From NCBI GenBank assembly GCA_963664215.1, contig OY761015.1: a DNA stretch of 64,000 nt, one strand, 5' to 3'. Positions 27,864 to 37,709 of this stretch are shown here, in pieces (the first letter of the stretch is position 1; each line of letters begins with the position of its first letter). The position numbers were made by a program, and so were the translations under genes. Source of the DNA: Candidatus Poribacteria bacterium (lineage in GTDB: Bacteria; Poribacteria; WGA-4E; WGA-3G). The notes under the pieces were generated by a model, which saw only the letters and a program-made list of their open reading frames with translations, was not told the origin of the DNA and did not search any database.

Positions 27864-30800
27864 TCAAGACGTTTCCTGCTTGTCCTTCAGCATCAATTTC
27901 TGTGAGATTCGTGCTAAGACTGCCAGACGGAATTCAAGGTTTCCATCCGTATCAATTTCGTTAGAAGTTTTCTCAATTGCGCGTTCCAATTTATCTGCTT
28001 GTTCCTGGGCAGTTGAAGGCAAAATGACAACTTGTTCCTGTTCGGCGTGTTTCGGCCTCGTAACGCCGATACGAATTGGTTCACCTGCTGATGATTCAGT
28101 GTGATCCCATTTTTCGTAGGACACTGCTTCAAAATGCCGAAATTTCCTTGCGAATTGAGAAAGATTACTTTCAAATTGTGCTTTATCCAAGTCTATCCAT
28201 GATGCAGGTGGTTTTTTGGTAAGATAGGTTGCTATTGCCTCGAGCCAGCTGGTAAAATCATGTCCACCATTACAGATTTGAATCAAAAACCCTTTAAAAT
28301 CAGTTTCTATTGTTATTTCTAGCAAAGGCTCAGCTCTAGTGACCAATTCTGTTTGGAGTACTTCTTTCTTTGGTGTCAAATCGAAGGCTTCTACGAGCAA
28401 TTGCTCGATAAAGTTCAGCAGCACTTCGTAAGCCTGCTCTAACTCGGACAGTGTATCTTGCAGTGTGGTGAAGAAATCTGAAACAACCTTTACATCTGTT
28501 GCTGTTTCTGTACCAAAGGCAGAGAAACCAAGTGCTTCAGGCAATTGATTAAAAAGGAGTTCGTCAGGCTCACGCGCATTCAGAACGACTTCCCTTACAT
28601 TTTTTGACGCGGCACTCAATTCTTGTGTTGTTAGTACATACTTTGGAAGTTGTGCTATAGAGTGTATAACCGGCGTGATGGCTGTTAACAAATCAGAGTT
28701 TTCGGCTGTCATCGGTTGATCGAGCATCTCCAAAAATTGTGCTAACAGATCCGCGCGAATACCGACTATCCGAAAACATTTCAGTTCAAATTGTTGAGGG
28801 ACTTTGAGTAATCTTTCAAAAATTGGCATTGACCAGGTTGGTATAAAAGATCCGTTTTCGTAAAGAGCGATTTCGGTTTTGTGATATAGCATCGCGGCAC
28901 ACAAAAGAATAGGCAGTGGACCATTTCGCACGCCGAATGGCGATGCCATCAGACGTTTATAGAGTGCTACAATAGGTTGTCGTTTCCCTTCACACTCAGT
29001 AAGAAACTCCTCGATTGCTTTCCATGTGTGCTCCATTCTGTTCTTATCACTTGTTTTGGGTGGGTAAAATCCCCATACACCTGAGGCTTCGCGATGTATT
29101 CCGGTCTTCCATAAGAGAGAACGATAGATACTCATTTGGGGGGGATAGCCGGTGATACCAAGGTCTTCCTTCTCCTCGTTTTCAAGCATCGCTTGGATTA
29201 ACTTCTTCCGTCCGGTTGTTACAATCCCGGAGATTTTCCGTCGGTTAATCAGTTCGTTCCGAATAGTAGGTGTTTTGTTGTAAACCTCATCGCAAATTTC
29301 TGAGAGGTACGCGTTTCTTGCACGTTGGGAGTTAATGTCTACCGGTTGTCCCTTGTGGTACCATATACAAGCATTTTTGCTGTCTTTGCCAAAGATTGCC
29401 GTTAGCCTGTCGGATACTTCTTTTTCTGCTTGTGTCTGTTGCACTGAGAGTTCAAGTCTTGCCACTGGATCTCCTTCTAATTCAGGTGTATTGTCGGAAA
29501 TCCAATGTAGATGGGTGAGTTGAGTAACAGCATCTTGTAGAGCACCTATAGTCTGAGGGATTGCAATTAACACCTCTTGAAGGGAAACAAGGGCATTCTC
29601 ACTTGCCTTTTCGACTAATTCGTTAACTTCATGTTTATTTGCTGGAAGGGCATAGAGTATAAGTCCATCTGCATCACCGAGTGGTGTTCTGATATCTGCA
29701 TCAAAATTTTCGAGATCGGTGTACCGAACGGCAAAATGACGAAGGGTGCCAGTTTCAAATAGATGTTGTCGGGCAACGAGGGGACGTATTGACAGATAGC
29801 GCGACAAATTTGTGGCGAGATTGGTTTTTGTATGAACACTTCCTTCTGCCTCACGGAGTTTTGCTTCAATGTCAATATCGCTCCCTTTCCAAAGCGCGTA
29901 AGCCTTATTATAGAGACGGTAGATAGCGATTGAACGATCTTTCAAAGTGTCGAGTGCTGTCTCAAATTCATGGGCGAATCCTTTTGTTTTATCATCTAAT
30001 GCATAACGGAGCATCGACTCTGAAGCTTTCAGATTCGGAATTGATTCGCTAACGATGCCGAGTATTCCGATCGTTTTAATCAGTTTAGCTGACAAGGTGG
30101 ACGAGTCGGACAATCGACCTATTGCCGATTCAATTTCTGCCCACTTCTTGCTATTATGTGAGATATACAGCCGATTCCCCATATTAGTCTTGAGGTAATC
30201 GTACAGGTCGGTGATTGAAAACAAGGGTAATGTATCTCTGTTATAACGCTGATTAAAAAGAAAATCTTGGAGTCCATGCGGTTCGCTTGAACTGAGGAAG
30301 GCAAAGAGGGAACGTTCATTCTGTCCGAATCGCCGGAAAATCGAATCTATAACAAGTACAACGGTCGGATGGAGTGGCAGGCAGTTTCTCAGGAGTTCGC
30401 TAAATTCGTCCGCGGTAAGTTGGCTCGGTTTGAGTTCTAATTCGGTGGGTAAAGATAAATTTCTTTCCTCATTTCCTGAGGTTTTCTCAATAGCAGAACC
30501 AATCAAGCGAAGAACCTGTTCAGTGGGTTCCACAAAGGCTATGTCCTCAAACCGTCCTTGGACCTTTGCCCATTCCTCCTGTTGCGATTTGGCTGCTTTG
30601 CTTGCATATTGTTCAAAGGCTTGATGGAGAATTGTCAGCAAGAATAGTGGAGTCTGGTCACTTCGCGTAGCGAATTCGGCAAGGGTTTGTAACACAAAAA
30701 TATCGCCTTGTACAGGATCTTGTGCAGCGTACTCAAGGAACTTGCCCAGCTCATCAATCACTAATAATAAACCCTGTCCACCGTTTTCCCCGATAGTCCT

Positions 30801-31361
30801 TGTTGCTAATTCAAAAAGAGCAGTAATTTCAGATGCCTGAGGAGGTATGCCGTTCGCTGCTGTTCTCAATAGTTTTCTGATCTTCTGTTGAAGTGAGCCA
30901 ATAGGCAGAAATTCAGAGGCTTTAAGTCCCTGTTCTAAACCACGCAGAAGGGCAATCGGGAGGGGAGCGCGCTCTCCAGAGATAAGCACAGGACAAAATC
31001 CGGATAGCGACCAATTTCCGTTCTGCTTTGTATCCATAAATTGTTCATATAGCGCGATATCTCCATCTTTTAATACTTTTAAGGCCTGTCGAGTTGTCGC
31101 GGCCTCAGGATCCCCAAGAAGTTTCGCTGCGAAAAGTGCGAATGCTGATTTTCCCGACCCGTAGGGACCGGTGAGCGACCATGCTTTCGATGTTGTCTCA
31201 TTTTCAAGGGTCGCAACGATACGCGATAGCATCTCGCGCGCTGTAACAGTCAAAATATATCCATCTAAGGCGTTCTCTGTATAGAAATCACGTTCCAGAT
31301 GAACTGAACGCCTAAAACGACCCTTAATCTGGAAAAGTTTTGACAAAGGGGTATTATCCAT
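27864..31361 (-). CDS. Giant P-loop NTPase (1165 aa), SspC/BrxC-like.
   Basis: Walker A 'LTGPYGSGKSAFALFAAKLL', Walker B 'LLLVIDELGKF' in the N-terminal 250 aa. Long helical C-terminal region. Overlaps the upstream DUF4007 gene by 8 nt. Confidence 0.7.
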   Translation of the reverse strand: MDNTPLSKLFQIKGRFRRSVHLERDFYTENALDGYILTVTAREMLSRIVATLENETTSKAWSLTGPYGSGKSAFALFAAKLLGDPEAATTRQALKVLKDGDIALYEQFMDTKQNGNWSLSGFCPVLISGERAPLPIALLRGLEQGLKASEFLPIGSLQQKIRKLLRTAANGIPPQASEITALFELATRTIGENGGQGLLLVIDELGKFLEYAAQDPVQGDIFVLQTLAEFATRSDQTPLFLLTILHQAFEQYASKAAKSQQEEWAKVQGRFEDIAFVEPTEQVLRLIGSAIEKTSGNEERNLSLPTELELKPSQLTADEFSELLRNCLPLHPTVVLVIDSIFRRFGQNERSLFAFLSSSEPHGLQDFLFNQRYNRDTLPLFSITDLYDYLKTNMGNRLYISHNSKKWAEIESAIGRLSDSSTLSAKLIKTIGILGIVSESIPNLKASESMLRYALDDKTKGFAHEFETALDTLKDRSIAIYRLYNKAYALWKGSDIDIEAKLREAEGSVHTKTNLATNLSRYLSIRPLVARQHLFETGTLRHFAVRYTDLENFDADIRTPLGDADGLILYALPANKHEVNELVEKASENALVSLQEVLIAIPQTIGALQDAVTQLTHLHWISDNTPELEGDPVARLELSVQQTQAEKEVSDRLTAIFGKDSKNACIWYHKGQPVDINSQRARNAYLSEICDEVYNKTPTIRNELINRRKISGIVTTGRKKLIQAMLENEEKEDLGITGYPPQMSIYRSLLWKTGIHREASGVWGFYPPKTSDKNRMEHTWKAIEEFLTECEGKRQPIVALYKRLMASPFGVRNGPLPILLCAAMLYHKTEIALYENGSFIPTWSMPIFERLLKVPQQFELKCFRIVGIRADLLAQFLEMLDQPMTAENSDLLTAITPVIHSIAQLPKYVLTTQELSAASKNVREVVLNAREPDELLFNQLPEALGFSAFGTETATDVKVVSDFFTTLQDTLSELEQAYEVLLNFIEQLLVEAFDLTPKKEVLQTELVTRAEPLLEITIETDFKGFLIQICNGGHDFTSWLEAIATYLTKKPPASWIDLDKAQFESNLSQFARKFRHFEAVSYEKWDHTESSAGEPIRIGVTRPKHAEQEQVVILPSTAQEQADKLERAIEKTSNEIDTDGNLEFRLAVLARISQKLMLKDKQETS

Positions 31362-32292
31362 AATGCCTTTCTAAGAGTTTCATCAGGTTTAGATCGTTCC
31401 GTCGATAAACCTGTTTCAAACCTGCGGTTTCATCGTATTGTAGTGCTTCATTGGTAAGTTGCGCAAGATTTTCAAGATATGCTATCATTGTGTCTTCGTC
31501 TAACCTGAAGATTCGTCCAGGACTTAAGGGGGCGTACATCAGGTCTGAAAATGGTAGGGCATTCCTTTCAAAAAAACGGAGATCCCAAAATGCGACTAGC
31601 GTTGCTGTAAAAACCTCAGCTGGTAGTGTTCCTTTCTCACCTCGTTGGAATTCATACCCGTTACCTTCTGGTAATTCGGCGATTAGATTAAGCTCAACGA
31701 GTGGAGAGTCAAAACTCTCCTCAATTACGGCAGCGGTATGACGTGACTGGCAGTACGTTCGGATAAAGCAGTTGACATCGCGTTGAAGTGTATTATCAGA
31801 GATAGGTCTCATAGATGCTTTCTGTTGTTGTGCCCATTTGTATACCTCTTCCATGAATGTCGTTGGAACGAATTGATTTTTTCTCAAAACGTTAAATGCC
31901 CAATACCACGTGGTTGCCTGATTAATATTGGTCGCAATCTGCCAATGAATCAACCACAAAGTGGCAGGATCTTCAAGGTATGGATCAAACCCTTTTTTAT
32001 CGTTAAAAATGGCTTTGCCGAGTTTAGTCGGAACAAGCTTTCTACGCTGGTCGGGATCCACCTTAATAAGTCTAGCAACGGTACACCAATGTCGAATGGA
32101 GCTTACCATGTTTTTTCCAACGCCTAAAGTAACGAAAGCGTCTTCCGATGAAAAGACGGTCGGATTTTCTGTTACGGCATCAACACCCTTTTTCAGCCAT
32201 GTATACCGAAACGGAAAAGTCTGGTGCCCCGAGAAAGAAGGATTTGTCAACTGTGGTGAGATTGTGTGTTCAGTTATTAGGAAATTTTCCAT
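31354..32292 (-). CDS. DUF4007-family protein, SspB-like.
   Basis: N-terminal 'FSGHQTFPFRYTWLKKGVDAV' matches the DUF4007 conserved block (HxTFxxRYxWLxK). 312 aa. First gene of the four-gene operon. Confidence 0.55.
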   Translation of the reverse strand: MENFLITEHTISPQLTNPSFSGHQTFPFRYTWLKKGVDAVTENPTVFSSEDAFVTLGVGKNMVSSIRHWCTVARLIKVDPDQRRKLVPTKLGKAIFNDKKGFDPYLEDPATLWLIHWQIATNINQATTWYWAFNVLRKNQFVPTTFMEEVYKWAQQQKASMRPISDNTLQRDVNCFIRTYCQSRHTAAVIEESFDSPLVELNLIAELPEGNGYEFQRGEKGTLPAEVFTATLVAFWDLRFFERNALPFSDLMYAPLSPGRIFRLDEDTMIAYLENLAQLTNEALQYDETAGLKQVYRRNDLNLMKLLERHYG

Positions 32293-32343
32293 ATAACTTA
32301 TTATACTTTATGTGTGGAAGAGAAGTCAACACGCATTGAACAT

Positions 32344-33688
32344 CAGGGCTATCCAGTTTTCCGCTTTCTCTCTATATGAGTTTAACTGCGCGTTTAGGTT
32401 TTGAAGCGAAAAATCGGAGCGTTTCAGCGATTTTCGTATGTCCGTTGAAGCGTAAGACAGACAGAACGGTGTTGCGTAAGGCAGCCATGACTTCTGGAAT
32501 ACTGCCGGTTCGTGCTTGTGAAGCATCCTCACCGAGGACGGTATCTCGGACCCAATGGACTTTGTTTTCTATCGTCCAGTGTCCTCGTCGGAGTTTCAGC
32601 AAAGCTTCTGCGGAGGCTTTCTGAGGCGTTAGACTTGTGATGCCATACTGCGTCTGAGAGGAGATCTCTGCTGTTTTGGTATTGACTCGCTGAGACTGGT
32701 ATTGATAGACTTGTGCGAGTCCTGGCCAGTTGATGTAATCTGTCAAGAGTGTGCTTGCTGTGAGGGTGCGTGTGGTGGTGAACCCATGTGATGTTTCGAC
32801 CTGTGTGTGTGTATTGAGGTGTGCTGCTTCTTGGGTGTGGAGGTTTTCAAATCGGCGTGCTTCAACCTCTGTGGGGTCTGTCTGCGAGAGGGGTTCAAAG
32901 AGTTGAGAAATATCGTCATACATCTGTTTGTGGTTCTCTTTGACGGGCATTGCATAATCTGCTTTGTGTTGGATAATGTCTTTGCAAAAGGTTCTCTGAG
33001 TCAAGAGTGCATCAGTTGTGATGACTTTGCCGAGGACATCAAAGGTTTTCAAGAGTTTTGTTGCGATGGGAATCTCGTTGGTCTTTCCACTGACGGAACA
33101 TTGTGCCAAGGGGATTCCTACCTCGTGGCAGACAGCGGCGAGTAAATGTGTCCGGTATCCGGTCTCTGGGTCTTCGGAGCCCCGTAGTTCTTTGCCATCG
33201 ATGGCAACTGCGTGTAAATCTTGTGTTTTCAAAACTTGAAGATCTTCAAGTTTTGAAAACACCCATTTCGTGAGGCAGGCTTCTAAACTGGCGACATCCA
33301 GACGCTTCAAGAGATTATGAAGGGTCGTCGCACATGGGGACTTTCGAGACCTGAAACCTAATGCTTTTGTCAGTTCAGGGTGGTCCCGAGCCCAGGTCGC
33401 TATAGAAGTATAACCTTTATGATTCGCCATCAAACCGATGACGATCAAGGCGAGGATAGAGACTAAAGGATGACGTTTGCCTTTTTTATGGCGTGGATCT
33501 GGAACTTCTGCTAATATATCAAGCAAGTGGCAAGAGGGTGTTCTTGTCATGATTCACCTACAAAAAGTGATATTTTTTACGGTGAAGTATAGCAGAAGTC
33601 GCGTGAAACGCCACGCGACTTCTGCTTTTCTGAAGATATTAACATCTGTGAAAAAATACAGAAAAAAACCGAAAACTGGATAGCCCTG
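32344..33688 (-). mobile_element. ISAs1-family insertion sequence (1345 bp) with 18-21-bp terminal inverted repeats, flanked by a 10-bp direct repeat CATTGAACAT.
   Basis: IR 'CAGGGCTATCCAGTTTTC' at 32344-32361 and its reverse complement at 33671-33688. Direct repeat at 32334-32343 and 33689-33698. Single transposase ORF inside. Confidence 0.8.
32372..33550 (-). CDS. ISAs1-family DDE transposase (H-repeat-associated protein type).
   Basis: N-terminal 'LLDILAEVPDPRHKKGKRHPLVSILALIVIGLMANHKGYTSIATW' (DDE_Tnp_1_assoc), 'HAVAIDGKELRGS', 'TIENKVHWVRDTVLGEDASQ' DDE region. Confidence 0.85.
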   Translation of the reverse strand: MTRTPSCHLLDILAEVPDPRHKKGKRHPLVSILALIVIGLMANHKGYTSIATWARDHPELTKALGFRSRKSPCATTLHNLLKRLDVASLEACLTKWVFSKLEDLQVLKTQDLHAVAIDGKELRGSEDPETGYRTHLLAAVCHEVGIPLAQCSVSGKTNEIPIATKLLKTFDVLGKVITTDALLTQRTFCKDIIQHKADYAMPVKENHKQMYDDISQLFEPLSQTDPTEVEARRFENLHTQEAAHLNTHTQVETSHGFTTTRTLTASTLLTDYINWPGLAQVYQYQSQRVNTKTAEISSQTQYGITSLTPQKASAEALLKLRRGHWTIENKVHWVRDTVLGEDASQARTGSIPEVMAALRNTVLSVLRFNGHTKIAETLRFFASKPKRAVKLI

Positions 33689-34105
33689 CATTGAACATAT
33701 GCGAAGTGTCAGGGGCATTGTTTAAAAATCGTTTTCAATGAATACAAGTATCTGCTGTGAATATGCGGCGAAATAAGATGCTATTGACGCGGTAAACTTG
33801 TATTTCAAGACCCAATATCAAGAGGGCAGTATTTCGTAGCACCCCCATTACTGTTGCGACCACGCCCCTCTGAACTTAAGGACTTTAGATCGAAAACTAT
33901 ATACCCTTGGATTATTAATCTTTTTGTTGAGATTGTTTGGCAAATTTGGTATACTATTACCCTTGATTGTAGTAGGCCGTGATTAAGAAGTTTCCCCGTA
34001 CTTCTGCAATACTAATAGTTAAATAGATCCTCCAAATGGTGCGTTGATATTTCCTTTGTCTGATTAAGTTTCTTCATAGTTACGCCCTGACAGACAGGTT
34101 ACCAG

Positions 34106-35203
34106 ATGCCCAAATATGAAGCTGGAATCACAGAGATTAACACGCTTGTTCGCCGCCTCGGTTATGTTTCCGCAATTCTACGATTGCTTGAGCATAGAAC
34201 GCTAAGTGAATCTGTACTCTATACTCAACTTGAAAAATGGAGTCTCAATCATGAGCCAGATTTGATGGATTACGCGAATCAGCAAGGATACATTAAGGCG
34301 ACGCGCGGACAAGCTGCTCCAAGACGATACACTAATTTCGCTGTTTCGTTGGGAATTATAGGGCGAATCGCTGGCGCGTACCGTGTGACTCGATTTGGAA
34401 AGGCATTGCTTCCTTTCCTATGCCGAATTCCTGATCAAAATCCGTTTGAACTGACGAACGCGGAGTGCTGTGCCTATCTGTATTGGCTTCTGCTGAAGGA
34501 TAGCGATCGACTTCTTACAGTTATTCACATGTTAGTTGAACAAGAGACTTGCTCTCTTTCCGATTTGCAAAGTGCTTTCCCCGCGTTTTATCTTCAGCAA
34601 TTGCAAGCCCGGATGCTAACATCGGAAAAACATGTTGCTCGTGACATCTTGGCGGAACGGAACCGTGTGGCACATTGGAAAGAAGAATCAGGGCGTTCCA
34701 TGGAAAATGTTGTGCCACCACGCATTCATTGGTTGGCAGACCTCGGCTTGGTCTCAGTTGAGAATCATGGAAGGAGACGGTCTGGATTGACAGAAATGGG
34801 TGCCCGATTTTCTCAGTCTCTTCCAAAGATTCAAGAGATGCCGACTTTTCACACAAGTTCAAAGTGGTTGCGGACGCAATTCTTTGGCATTGCTGGACAG
34901 ATATTTATGGGCACAATTGATCGACGCTGGACGGAAATACATGATTTAGAAAAAAAAGAACTGCTTTACAAACTCACTTTTCAGGCTTTTGAAACGCTTC
35001 GGAGTACACCGACCCCGAAGATTTCTTTATATCCAGCACTCATTTATATGGCACTTCTTCTCACAACGGATAACGGAATAGCGGTGAATTTGGAGGAACT
35101 CCAGGCAGATTTAGATATGTTTTCCAAAGATCCTGATACACGCTATGCGGTCCGATTTTCCCATCGCGAGAATGAGTCCTACCTTATTTTTCTGCCTACC
35201 TAA
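34106..35203 (+). CDS. Hypothetical protein (365 aa), first gene of a three-gene operon.
   Basis: ORF with no recognisable motif. Overlaps the next gene in the operon. Confidence 0.5.
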   Translation: MPKYEAGITEINTLVRRLGYVSAILRLLEHRTLSESVLYTQLEKWSLNHEPDLMDYANQQGYIKATRGQAAPRRYTNFAVSLGIIGRIAGAYRVTRFGKALLPFLCRIPDQNPFELTNAECCAYLYWLLLKDSDRLLTVIHMLVEQETCSLSDLQSAFPAFYLQQLQARMLTSEKHVARDILAERNRVAHWKEESGRSMENVVPPRIHWLADLGLVSVENHGRRRSGLTEMGARFSQSLPKIQEMPTFHTSSKWLRTQFFGIAGQIFMGTIDRRWTEIHDLEKKELLYKLTFQAFETLRSTPTPKISLYPALIYMALLLTTDNGIAVNLEELQADLDMFSKDPDTRYAVRFSHRENESYLIFLPT

Positions 35204-35213
35204 CCGAAAACTT

Positions 35214-35843
35214 ATGGATATTCTAATTCCTGATACATCGTCCCTTATCAACATACATGAGGTTTATGTAGGGCGATCTCATATCATTGATGTTTTAAAT
35301 CAATTGTTCACTGTGCAAGTCTCGCGAGAGATACCGCATGAAATCAGGCGACGCAGGAATAAATTAGGAGACTACGACAAACAGATGTTGCAATTTGTGC
35401 GTCAAGCAAGGCGATATTTTCCGCATGAACAAGATTATGAAGATCTGCTTTTCAATCGATTTTCAACATCTAGCGACCCGACTCGCAATCGTGGGGAGCG
35501 TTATAATTGCGCGCTGGCATTTTATCTGGTTCGGAAACGGAGGATGGGGCAAGTTATTATACTGACAGATGATAGGAAGGCAAGGCGAGGTTTGATGGAT
35601 TGGTACGAGAATCGCTTCGCAGCGACAAGGACTTGGTCATCTTTGGAATTACTGTTGCATATCTATCTCGTTATGTTTCCAAAGTGGCCATACAATCGGG
35701 CTGAGTTGGCTTTACAACAGGTAAACCCTCACCTTGCTGGAACCCAAGTGGAGATGACGAAGCGTCTTCGTGAGTATCGCCGTTATCTCGAGCGGTTACA
35801 TGCTATGCTGAAAGCCTTGCCATCTGTAAGAAAAACGAGGTGA
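35214..35843 (+). CDS. PIN-domain-like protein, putative nuclease.
   Basis: N-terminal 'MDILIPDTSSLINI' (PIN motif 1, Asp) and 'VIILTDDRKA' (T-D-D motif). Start at ATG 35214. 4-nt gap to the next gene. Confidence 0.45.
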   Translation: MDILIPDTSSLINIHEVYVGRSHIIDVLNQLFTVQVSREIPHEIRRRRNKLGDYDKQMLQFVRQARRYFPHEQDYEDLLFNRFSTSSDPTRNRGERYNCALAFYLVRKRRMGQVIILTDDRKARRGLMDWYENRFAATRTWSSLELLLHIYLVMFPKWPYNRAELALQQVNPHLAGTQVEMTKRLREYRRYLERLHAMLKALPSVRKTR

Positions 35844-35846
35844 AAC

Positions 35847-37022
35847 ATGACATACTCCATTGATTGGAATTTAGCCGGTTTACGAGAAAATCCCTTTACA
35901 ATCAGTCCTCCAACTGATCCCAAGCAGACAACTTGGGCAGGCCTAAAAGAACTCAAAGGCGAATTTAAGAATGTCTTCCGAGAAACCAAAGCATCAGCAC
36001 CAACGCAGGTAGTATTATGTCGAGGAGCTATTGGGGCAGGTAAAACACATGCTTCACTTTTCTTTAGTTCTGACCAAAATATGCCTGAGGCATCACCGAG
36101 TGTTCAAAGTCTAGAAGTTCTAAGGGTTCAAACCCCTACTGAAACTGGGAATCCAGCGAGGGATTTTTATCTCGATGTCATAGATCAGATTGGACTTGAA
36201 CGTATAGCGGAATCGGTGAAAGAAGGTGTGGAATCTGTTGGACGGGATGTAGTAGAGCGAAATCTTCGTCAAACGGTGGTGAGTGGTGACTTCGTGAATG
36301 CGCTACTTAAGTTGTTTGAGGCTTCACCTATTTCTCCGGGGGCTGGCTTGCCTCTAAGTGCCTACTTCCTGGGCAAATGCACGACTACGGAATTGCGAAA
36401 ACTTGGCTTAAATCGAAACATTGAGAAAACACAAGATTACTTTCGAGTGTTAGCAGGCGTTTTTCACTGCCTTACGGGGTTATCTGAATCCTCTGATGTA
36501 ACTCAGCACAATCGATTCTGTCTATGGATAGATGAAATGGAGAATTTCATCTATTTTACACCGCCACAATACCGTCCCTTCGGACAGGGATTGCGTGAAC
36601 TCGTAGATCGGCTTCCCTACTTTTTCACACTTTTGATGAATTTTACGCTGACCGCGCCAGAGGAATATGAAGAAATTGAATTGATTCTGGGAGGCTATCT
36701 CACCGACCGGATTACCCGACAGATTTTCTTTCATGAAGTGAAAGATCAAGAAGAGTTGCTGCAATATGTCCGCGAACTTCTCTCTCACTACAGAACCGAA
36801 GAAAAACCCAAAACACCTTATTTTCCGTTTACAGAGGAGGGACTCCGGGCACTTCTGTCTAATTTGCAACATGGAACACCGAGAGACGTGAATAAGCGGT
36901 GTCGTAATGCCCTGATGCGAGCGTTTGAAAAAGGGATTTTTGAGAAAGGAAAGGGCTCCGTAATTACGCCTGAATTTGTACAGGAGATGACGCAGGAAGA
37001 ATTAGATAAAGAGTTTGGATAA
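35847..37022 (+). CDS. P-loop NTPase (ORC/Cdc6- or DUF2791/BrxD-like AAA).
   Basis: Walker A 'LCRGAIGAGKTHASLFF', Walker B-like 'FCLWIDEMENF'. 391 aa. Confidence 0.6.
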   Translation: MTYSIDWNLAGLRENPFTISPPTDPKQTTWAGLKELKGEFKNVFRETKASAPTQVVLCRGAIGAGKTHASLFFSSDQNMPEASPSVQSLEVLRVQTPTETGNPARDFYLDVIDQIGLERIAESVKEGVESVGRDVVERNLRQTVVSGDFVNALLKLFEASPISPGAGLPLSAYFLGKCTTTELRKLGLNRNIEKTQDYFRVLAGVFHCLTGLSESSDVTQHNRFCLWIDEMENFIYFTPPQYRPFGQGLRELVDRLPYFFTLLMNFTLTAPEEYEEIELILGGYLTDRITRQIFFHEVKDQEELLQYVRELLSHYRTEEKPKTPYFPFTEEGLRALLSNLQHGTPRDVNKRCRNALMRAFEKGIFEKGKGSVITPEFVQEMTQEELDKEFG

Positions 37023-37709
37023 GCGAGATCTCAATTCCCTTAAAGTGATTTATTACACATCGGAGGTAGGATAACCGCACTTATATGCTGGTTTGTATCC
37101 AGTACAACTTGCATTACGGAGATAACTTACTCCTTTTACAGACTTCCCCCGCGCGCCCCTCAGCAATTGCCTGTTCAATATCTGCCTGTGCTTCTTCTTC
37201 ACTCACTGCTGGCACTTTTTCCATATTCTATCTAATTACGATACGGTAATTCTATTTTTACATTCGTTTTTTTACGGAGAAGAGGCATATTGCGTCTTGG
37301 CAACCCACGGCCCGCCTATGCTGGTGAAAACCTCCGTGAAGCCTCCGTGAAAGTGAGGAGATTTCGATGCATTTATCGGAGGATGGACGATTATCTGTCT
37401 ACTGCCAAAAGAGTATTATGACTGCTATTGGATCCGTGTGAAAATTTCATAGCAATTTTCATAGCAGCTTTCACAGTACCCTTTGGTGAAAACTGCCTGA
37501 AACCCAATACACGTCAGGGTTTATCGCCTTTCACGACACCTGTTGATTTTTCGGGTTTGCTATGAAAACTGTGAAAATTCGGTTTCTAAGGGCACTGGCT
37601 TCGTCTAAGAAACGTGAGATCCGATAATTGCTTAAATCTAAATGCTTCTGTCCGACTTACAGGGGCATTTAGTTTTCCGAAATTATTGAGTTTCGGTCAT
37701 TGGAGGACC

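Noticed and set aside
32376-33145. Plus-strand ORFs inside the IS element (32376-32624 and 32807-33145).
   Set aside because: Antisense to the intact ISAs1 transposase frame, with no independent support.
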